Below are positions 35,115-41,513 of a stretch of 41,513 bases of DNA, one piece after another. Source of the DNA: Candidatus Iainarchaeum sp. (GTDB taxonomy: Archaea; Iainarchaeota; Iainarchaeia; Iainarchaeales; JAFCCJ01). Positions within the stretch are counted from its first letter, which is position 1. Each line of letters opens with the position of its first letter. Position numbers and translations under genes: made by a program. Location of the stretch: contig JBDRHK010000031.1 in NCBI GenBank assembly GCA_043816965.1, positions 1 to 41,513 of the forward strand. The letters are read 5' to 3'. The notes beneath the pieces were generated by a model. It searched no databases. It saw nothing but the letters and a program-made list of their open reading frames with translations, and was not told the origin of the DNA.

Positions 35115-36350
35115 TTGAATAAAAAAATTTTAATTTTGCTTTCGATTTTGCTGCTTTCGGTGGCGGTTTCAGGGGCGGACATTGACCGTTTGCTAAAGGT
35201 AAATGGGAACTATTCCTATTCCCCTGCAAACCCCTATGTCGGTGATGTGGTTACTTTAAACGCGTCACTTGAAAACATTGGAAACAGAAATGCCGCAACC
35301 GGCATAAAAGCCGAACTCTTCCTTAATGGCAACTATTTCGAGCCGATTGATGTTGTGGAGGAGATTGGAATAATCCCTCCGGGCCAGACTTTCCCGGTTT
35401 TCTTCCAGTACAGGATTAAGGACAATGCCTATACCGGAATTTACAAATACAAAGTAAACCTTACCTTCTTCAATGGCCAGCAGGAGATAACATACACAAG
35501 TGACCTCAATCTCTTTGTGACAGAATGCTATGTTCTTGATATTGAGAACATAGTTCTTGACAATTACTCCCCCCACATAGGGGAAAGGTTCAATGTCGAT
35601 GCCAGGGTTAAAAATACCTGCTTCAACAATGTGCGCGATGTCATTGTGGAGCTTAAGCCCGTGACAAATTCAACCTTCAACCCATTTATCCTGCGCTCAA
35701 GTTCAACAATCAGAATTCCCCTAATAGGGCCGGGAGAATCAAAGCCGGTTTCATTTTCCCTCCAGCCAGGTGAAGACACCAATCCAGGGCTGTATGTCTT
35801 CAGCATAGCTGCAAACTGTGTTGACTGTACGCAAAGCTACTCCAATAACTTTTCATTTGAAGCAAGAGGGGAACCAGACCTTATTTTTTCAGGAATTGAG
35901 ATTTCAGTAAACAACCCGCTTGGGGACAAGAGGATAATGCAGGGAATACCCTTTTCCCTTTCAGTCCAGCTGGACAACATAGGCACAGAAACCGCAAAAA
36001 AAATTGCCGTAAAAATAGAAGTTGATGAGGGCATAACCGGAATAAAGGAAGCCTACATCGGAAATCTTGATGAAGATGGTTCCGGTGCAGCGATATTTGA
36101 CCTTGATACGTCCCTCTTTGCAAAATCAGGGGAGCATGTGGCAATAATCACTGTTTCATACCTTGATGAACTGGGCGAACCTCAAGAATTTTCTCAACCA
36201 TACACAGTTTATGTAGCTGAGCAAGCACCAACCTCTCCACTTGTGTGGATTTTAATCCTTATTCTGTTAATCGTTGTGTTGGTGATAGCCTACTTCATAA
36301 TCAAGATGGTTTTGAGGCAGATGGCAATAATTAAGTCACAGTCGCGATGA
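35115..36350 (+). CDS. S-layer-like multi-Ig-domain protein associated with ABC exporters
   Basis: Signal peptide, repeated LENIG/LDNIG and PGES motifs, C-terminal TM helix. First gene of the ABC operon. Confidence 0.8.
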   Translation: MNKKILILLSILLLSVAVSGADIDRLLKVNGNYSYSPANPYVGDVVTLNASLENIGNRNAATGIKAELFLNGNYFEPIDVVEEIGIIPPGQTFPVFFQYRIKDNAYTGIYKYKVNLTFFNGQQEITYTSDLNLFVTECYVLDIENIVLDNYSPHIGERFNVDARVKNTCFNNVRDVIVELKPVTNSTFNPFILRSSSTIRIPLIGPGESKPVSFSLQPGEDTNPGLYVFSIAANCVDCTQSYSNNFSFEARGEPDLIFSGIEISVNNPLGDKRIMQGIPFSLSVQLDNIGTETAKKIAVKIEVDEGITGIKEAYIGNLDEDGSGAAIFDLDTSLFAKSGEHVAIITVSYLDELGEPQEFSQPYTVYVAEQAPTSPLVWILILILLIVVLVIAYFIIKMVLRQMAIIKSQSR

Positions 36351-37483
36351 TTAAATTATCATTCCTTAACCTGTTCAGGAGAAAGAGCAGGACCTTTCTC
36401 ACCCTGCTTGCAATAGCGGTGGGTGTGGCATCAATAATTGTCCTGGTTTCTATCGTGGACGGGGTTGTTGCCGACTTTACCGAGGTTTTTGAGCAGTTTC
36501 AGGGAATTATGGTGCTGGAAAAAGGGGCATCTGATACCCCCTTCTCAAAAATTGACCGTTCTTTCGAGGCGAAACTTGAAAAAATAAATGGGGTGAAAGT
36601 CGCAATTCCTGAAATTTGGGTCTTGCCCAATAAGATTGATGGGAAAATACCTGAATTTTCACTTTCAACAGTTATGGTTTATGGCCTGGACATAGACAAA
36701 TATCTCGTCTCCTCAGGAACCGGCTGGATTGCGGATGTGGAGAAGGGCAGTTTTATAAAAAACAGCGATACAGACGGTGTTGTAATTGGGAAAAAAATCG
36801 CAGAAGATTATAAAAAGTTTATAGGTTCTGTAATTGACATAGACGGCAAAAAGTTCAGGGTAAAGGGAATTTTTTCCGGGCAGTCAGAATTCATTGAAGG
36901 GGTAATTGTAATGCCGCTTGACTCCGCCCGTGAATTGACCACGTTGGATGCCGACAAGGTGAACAGCTTTACAATAGGCCTCACCGACCCGACCAAGGAC
37001 AAGGAGATTGCCGAAAAAATAGAATTCATTTACAGTGATGATTTGCAGGCACTCTCAATGTCGCAGTACTCTGAGGAGTTTTCCAGCATTTTTGGCAGCC
37101 TCCGGCTACTTGTTTGGGCGATTGCAGCAATCGCCGCGATTGTTGCAGGTGTGGGAATAATTAATACAATTCTAATGAGCATTTTAGACCGAACTGCGGA
37201 GATAGGCACATTAAAGGCAACAGGCTGGACCAATGAAAATGTTTTCATAATGATAATGTATGAGGCGCTTTCAATAGGGATATTGGGAGGAATAATCGGG
37301 ATGATTTTGGGATTTGCAATCGACCTGTTTTTGGCATCCCTTTTAAACATAAATTTCCTGATTACTTTTCCCCTTCTGTTACAGGCCTTTTTGTTTGCAT
37401 TGTTTATAGGCCTTATTGCGGGAATTTATCCCGCATACAGGGCAGTAAAACTCGATCCAATAGAAGCTATAAGGAGTGGTTAG
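36347..37483 (+). CDS. ABC transporter permease (MacB/FtsX family)
   Basis: RRKSRTFLTLLAIAVG, GIINTILMS..DRTAEIGTLKATG, YPAYRAVKLDPIEAIR. Confidence 0.93.
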   Translation: MIKLSFLNLFRRKSRTFLTLLAIAVGVASIIVLVSIVDGVVADFTEVFEQFQGIMVLEKGASDTPFSKIDRSFEAKLEKINGVKVAIPEIWVLPNKIDGKIPEFSLSTVMVYGLDIDKYLVSSGTGWIADVEKGSFIKNSDTDGVVIGKKIAEDYKKFIGSVIDIDGKKFRVKGIFSGQSEFIEGVIVMPLDSARELTTLDADKVNSFTIGLTDPTKDKEIAEKIEFIYSDDLQALSMSQYSEEFSSIFGSLRLLVWAIAAIAAIVAGVGIINTILMSILDRTAEIGTLKATGWTNENVFIMIMYEALSIGILGGIIGMILGFAIDLFLASLLNINFLITFPLLLQAFLFALFIGLIAGIYPAYRAVKLDPIEAIRSG

Positions 37484-37484
37484 A

Positions 37485-38177
37485 ATGATAGTTGCTGAAA
37501 ACATCACTAAAGAATACAAAATGGGGGAAGTAATTGTCAGTGCTTTGGCAGGGATTTCAATTAAAATTGAAGAAGGGGATTTTGTTGTTATAGTTGGCCC
37601 AAGCGGCTCGGGTAAAAGCACGTTAATGCATATTCTTGGCGCATTAGACCACCCGACCTCAGGAAAAATATTCGTTGATGGTGAAGACATTTCCAAAATG
37701 GATGATTGGGAGCTTGCAATGCTGAGAAGGAAGAAGATTGGCTTTATTTTTCAGAACTTCAATCTAATTCCCACACTAAATGCACTTGAAAATGTGGTGA
37801 TTCCAACAGAGCCTCTCTCAGGAGATAAATCAGATTATGACAAGAGAGGAATTGAGCTCTTGAAAATGCTTGGCCTGGGCGACCGCTTATTGCACAAGCC
37901 AAGCGAACTTAGTGGCGGGCAGAGGCAAAGGGTTTCTATTGCAAGGTCCCTGATAAATAACCCTGAGGTTATTTTTGCTGATGAGCCCACAGGAAACCTT
38001 GATACTGCAACAGGCAAGCACATAGTTGAAATAATGAGAAAACTTAACAGGGAAGAAAAGAAGACCTTTGTGATAGTAACCCATGACCAAAGCCTCCTGG
38101 ATTTTGCAAACAAGCAAGTTTTCATAAGGGATGGAAAGATAGAGAAACAGGTAAAAAAGAAAGAAATTAAGAAATAG
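37485..38177 (+). CDS. ABC transporter ATP-binding protein (LolD/MacB type)
   Basis: GPSGSGKS, LSGGQRQR, ADEPTGNLD, VTHD. Confidence 0.96.
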   Translation: MIVAENITKEYKMGEVIVSALAGISIKIEEGDFVVIVGPSGSGKSTLMHILGALDHPTSGKIFVDGEDISKMDDWELAMLRRKKIGFIFQNFNLIPTLNALENVVIPTEPLSGDKSDYDKRGIELLKMLGLGDRLLHKPSELSGGQRQRVSIARSLINNPEVIFADEPTGNLDTATGKHIVEIMRKLNREEKKTFVIVTHDQSLLDFANKQVFIRDGKIEKQVKKKEIKK

Positions 38178-38192
38178 GGCAAGTGATGAAGA

Positions 38193-39344
38193 ATGCTCGG
38201 AATATCTTTTTCAAATATAACAAAAAGCAAGACACGCACCCTCCTTTCACTGATTGGCATCGTAATAGGGGTGGCGGCAATTATTGTAATGGTTGCAACA
38301 GTGCAGGGCCAGCTTGAGGAGATTCAGGATGTTTTCTCCAAGGTGCAGGGCATTAGGGTAACCCCGGTAAATTTAATGCAAACCTTTGTTCCAAGCCTGG
38401 ACCTTGAATGGGCTGATAAGCTGGAATCAATAAGGGGGGTTAAGGTCGCGGTTCCCATTATTTCCGGAATTTTGACCTCAGTAGATGGCAAAGACATAAC
38501 CTTAAGCCCGCTAAAGTTTATTGCCCCGGACCCATATAAATTTGCAAGGGCAGGTGATGTGGGAATTGGCGGGGAGGTTCCGAGAGATAAAGGAAGGACA
38601 TTGGAAGTTGGGGATACGGGGGTTGCAGTGATAGGCGCAAGCATTGCTGATAATTTTGACAAAACCGTTGGAAGCACGATAAAGCTCCAGGAAACAAAAT
38701 TCCGGGTTGTAGGCATATTCTCTTCAGGCTCAGCCCTTTTAGATGGCCTTATTTTAATAAGCCTGGAAGACGGCAGGAAACTTTTGAAAGCTGATGCTGG
38801 CAAGGTAAGTGCCTTTGTGGTTGCCGCAAATAACCCTGAAGAAGAGGCAAAAGTTGCCAGGCTTATTGAGTTTCGGTATGGTGAAGAGGTTGCCGCAATC
38901 CAGACCAACAGCCTTGCAGACCAATTCGGCGAATTTATTCTTATTTTTGAGGCATTGGTCGGGGCAATCGCCGCAATCGCCGCAGTTGTAGCAGGTGTCG
39001 GCATAATAAACACCATGCTGATGAGTGTTGTTGAAAGATTCAAGGAGATAGGTGCTTTGAAAGCAACCGGATGGACCAATGACAGTGTGTTGAAAATGAT
39101 TCTTTATGAATCGATTTTGATTTCTATTATCGGGGGCCTCTTAGGGGCGATAATTGGAGTTTCAATTTCAGTGCTGATTGACATCAGTTTTGGATTAAGG
39201 GTTTCTTTCACATTGGCAGGGGTGCCCTATTTATTGATTGTGATTGCATTCCTTTTCGCGGTTTTTGTCGGGCTTATAGCTGGCCTTTATCCTGCATGGG
39301 TTGCCTCAAATATGGATCCTATTGAGGCGCTGAGGGCAGAATAA
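38193..39344 (+). CDS. ABC transporter permease (MacB/FtsX family), second paralogue
   Basis: RTLLSLIGIVIG, GIINTMLMSVVERFKEIGALKATG, DPIEALR. Confidence 0.93.
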   Translation: MLGISFSNITKSKTRTLLSLIGIVIGVAAIIVMVATVQGQLEEIQDVFSKVQGIRVTPVNLMQTFVPSLDLEWADKLESIRGVKVAVPIISGILTSVDGKDITLSPLKFIAPDPYKFARAGDVGIGGEVPRDKGRTLEVGDTGVAVIGASIADNFDKTVGSTIKLQETKFRVVGIFSSGSALLDGLILISLEDGRKLLKADAGKVSAFVVAANNPEEEAKVARLIEFRYGEEVAAIQTNSLADQFGEFILIFEALVGAIAAIAAVVAGVGIINTMLMSVVERFKEIGALKATGWTNDSVLKMILYESILISIIGGLLGAIIGVSISVLIDISFGLRVSFTLAGVPYLLIVIAFLFAVFVGLIAGLYPAWVASNMDPIEALRAE

Positions 39345-41240
39345 TTACCTTGACACTTCCAGAATTCCTTTCACAGACCTAAGTTCGGAAACCACTTTCT
39401 CCAGATGCTTGAGATCCTTAATTTTCAGCCCGAACTTGCAGTTTGCATACCCTGTTTTAACAGACTTTGCATTCGCAGAAGTTACAAATATGCCATTTTT
39501 CGAAAAGACAGATAAAAGATCGCTAAGCAGCCCAACCCTCTCCTCCCCCCTCACCCTCAACTCAACAGCATAATCCCCCTTGACCCCGATGCCCCAGTCC
39601 ACCTTAACCCCCTTTTTAATATTCTCCTTTTCCAGCTCCTCACAATCTGCCCTGTGCACAGAGATCTTTCTTTTAGTTGTTATGAATCCAGTTATCTCAT
39701 CTCCGGGCACAGGGCTGCAGCATTTTGCAAGTTTTACCTTGCTGTCATGCTTTTTGATTGTAATGGCCTTAATATGCTTTTCCTTAACCCCCGGTTTCTT
39801 CACACCCAGATGCAGCTTTTGCCTTATCTTGTTTTTTGCCTTTGAGGTCTTCACAAATCCCAACCAGCTTGTCTTTGGCTGCTGTTTGGCGGAGGTAATT
39901 ATTTCAACAAGGTCGCCATTGTCAAGCTCGTGGTTTAATGCAACCGCCTTTCCATTGACCCTTGCCTGCTGGCAATGGTTGCCAATATCGGAATGCACGG
40001 CATAGGCAAAATCCAGTGCAGTTGCGCCTGTTTGGAGCTCAACAACCTCTCCCTTCGGGGTCAGCGTAAATATGTCGCTCTCGAAAAAATCCACCTTAAG
40101 GGAATCTTTTTCATTGTTCTTTGACCCCTTTCGCCATTCCAGTAGCTCCCTTAACCATGTCAGTTTCCGGTCATATTTATCCTCTTTTGCCCTTCCTTTG
40201 TAGAGCCAGTGCCCGGCAGCCCCGAATTCAGATATCTGGTGCATCTCTTTAGTCCGTATCTGGATTTCAATAGGCTTTCTCCCCGGGCCTATGACTGCAG
40301 TATGCAGGGACTGGTAAAGGTTTGACTTGGGCTTTGCTATGTAATCATCAAATTCTCCTGGCAATGGTTTCCAGATGGAATGAATTATGCCCAAAATCTC
40401 GTAGCACTCCTCAACAGAGCCGGTTATCACCCTTACTGCGATAAGGTCATAGATTTCCTCAAATGAACTGTTTTTCCTTTGCATCTTGTTGTAAATGCCA
40501 TAGACATGTTTTGCCCTGCCCTCAATTGTTACGCTTATTTTCTTTTCCTTTAATTTTTTTTCCAAAATGGATTTTACCTTTGTGATCTCCCTCATCCTTT
40601 CCCGTTCTCCGCCCTTTATTTTTTTCTGGAGGCGGTTGAAAACATCAGGTTTCGAATTCTTGAGCCACAAATCCTCAAGTTCTGCCTTAATTCGCTGGAC
40701 CCCAAGCTTATGGGCCAATGGCGCGTAAATCTGGTCTGTTTCTTCAAGAAGTATTTTTTGCGATTCTTTCGGGATAACCTCGAACCATCGCATATTGTGC
40801 ACAATATCTGCCAATTGAATAAGCACCAGCCTGAGGTCTTTGGTCATTGCCAGAATTATCTTTTTTGTCTGGTCTGTTCCCTGTTCCATGTTTCCTGAGA
40901 GGTAACTAAACATAAACTTGTCCAGTTCGGCAACTATGTTTGCAACTTCGCCCCCTACGGATTCGGAGATTTCCTTTTTGCTTGCACCATGACTTAGGAC
41001 ATTATGCACCATGGCGGCGGCAACAGTTGTTGAATCGGCATTCACCGAAACCAAGATTTTCGCAACCTCAAAATTATGCAACATCAGTGGCTTATCCCTG
41101 AGGTCCATAATTCCACTAAGTTTTAGGCATCCGAAATCATAAGCCCTTTCCAACAGGGCCACATCCATCTCGGGACGGGATTTAGCCAGCTCCCCGAGGT
41201 TATTTTTCCTATCCAATCCCTCAACATCTGCGGATGCCAT
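39345..41240 (-). CDS. Long RelA/SpoT homologue (degenerate HD, synthetase, TGS, ZFD, ACT)
   Basis: YAPLAHKLG, GRAKH, DLIAVRV, DYIAKPKSNLYQSLHT, EIQIRT, TPKG...DFAYAVHS (TGS), CCSPVPGD...HRADC (ZFD), C-terminal ACT. Confidence 0.93.
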   Translation of the reverse strand: MASADVEGLDRKNNLGELAKSRPEMDVALLERAYDFGCLKLSGIMDLRDKPLMLHNFEVAKILVSVNADSTTVAAAMVHNVLSHGASKKEISESVGGEVANIVAELDKFMFSYLSGNMEQGTDQTKKIILAMTKDLRLVLIQLADIVHNMRWFEVIPKESQKILLEETDQIYAPLAHKLGVQRIKAELEDLWLKNSKPDVFNRLQKKIKGGERERMREITKVKSILEKKLKEKKISVTIEGRAKHVYGIYNKMQRKNSSFEEIYDLIAVRVITGSVEECYEILGIIHSIWKPLPGEFDDYIAKPKSNLYQSLHTAVIGPGRKPIEIQIRTKEMHQISEFGAAGHWLYKGRAKEDKYDRKLTWLRELLEWRKGSKNNEKDSLKVDFFESDIFTLTPKGEVVELQTGATALDFAYAVHSDIGNHCQQARVNGKAVALNHELDNGDLVEIITSAKQQPKTSWLGFVKTSKAKNKIRQKLHLGVKKPGVKEKHIKAITIKKHDSKVKLAKCCSPVPGDEITGFITTKRKISVHRADCEELEKENIKKGVKVDWGIGVKGDYAVELRVRGEERVGLLSDLLSVFSKNGIFVTSANAKSVKTGYANCKFGLKIKDLKHLEKVVSELRSVKGILEVSR

Positions 41241-41322
41241 ATATATTTCTCAATGCGGCAATTTTTTAGGTCTTTTCATTTCACATTAGATATATATATT
41301 ACTTCGATATTTAGTTCAAACG

Positions 41323-41513
41323 GTGAATTATTTGGATTTTTTGGTTATTCTGTTTGCGTTAGTCCTTACCGCAGTCCACTACTTCTCAGAAAGCTATTCA
41401 AAGCATGTTGAAAAATGGCACTCTGAAATAATTTCCTTCTCTGCAGGCTTGTTCATCGCGTTCATTTTCCTTTACATCCTCCCTGAGGTTTTCGGCGGTG
41501 TTGAAATTCTGGG
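41323..41513 (+). CDS. Membrane protein, ZIP-transporter-like N-terminus (3' end outside window)
   Basis: Own translation from GTG 41323: MNYLDFLVILFALVLTAVHYFSE...IISFSAGLFIAFIFLYILPE. Frame is open to the window end. Confidence 0.6.
   Translation, partial: MNYLDFLVILFALVLTAVHYFSESYSKHVEKWHSEIISFSAGLFIAFIFLYILPEVFGGVEIL

Noticed and set aside
115..40898. Many overlapping antisense or alternate-frame ORFs in the track (e.g. 3747-4286, 13449-13979, 23825-24361, 38324-39079, 22348-22548, 25828-26067)
   Set aside because: They shadow well-supported genes or tRNAs and have no recognisable motifs.

Overview
A 41.5-kb archaeal chromosomal segment. TFE-alpha, Trm56, class I LysRS, BHB-type tRNA introns and class III signal-peptide pilins mark it as archaeal. 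The gene style suggests DPANN, possibly Iainarchaeota/Diapherotrites (inference). In order: 3' part of ppdK; RecJ-like DHH nuclease; a KaiC/RAD55-like ATPase cluster with small membrane proteins; a type IV pilus/Tad locus; HAD and glycosyltransferase genes; xerA with a nearby dif-like site; a PRC-barrel gene; a phased ~52-bp repeat tract beside tRNA-iMet; tfe, trm56, serS; then a lysine/tRNA island, followed by a surface protein, polyprenyl synthase, another KaiC-like gene, an ABC exporter and a long RelA/SpoT homologue with a degenerate hydrolase domain. The main discovery is an apparently circularly permuted tRNA-Lys(CTT) gene: the 3' half (29794-29829), a 4-nt linker and then the 5' half (29834-29871), whose outer flanks form a bulge-helix-bulge at 37/38. 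An HTH-LAGLIDADG endonuclease ORF encodes one strand of that BHB and stops inside the tRNA 3' half. The same island holds two tRNAs (Lys-TTT, Phe-GAA), each with two introns around a 7-nt anticodon micro-exon, and a single fibre-like gene flanked by a 35-bp duplication of the lysS 3' end. All calls were made by eye; no searches were run.
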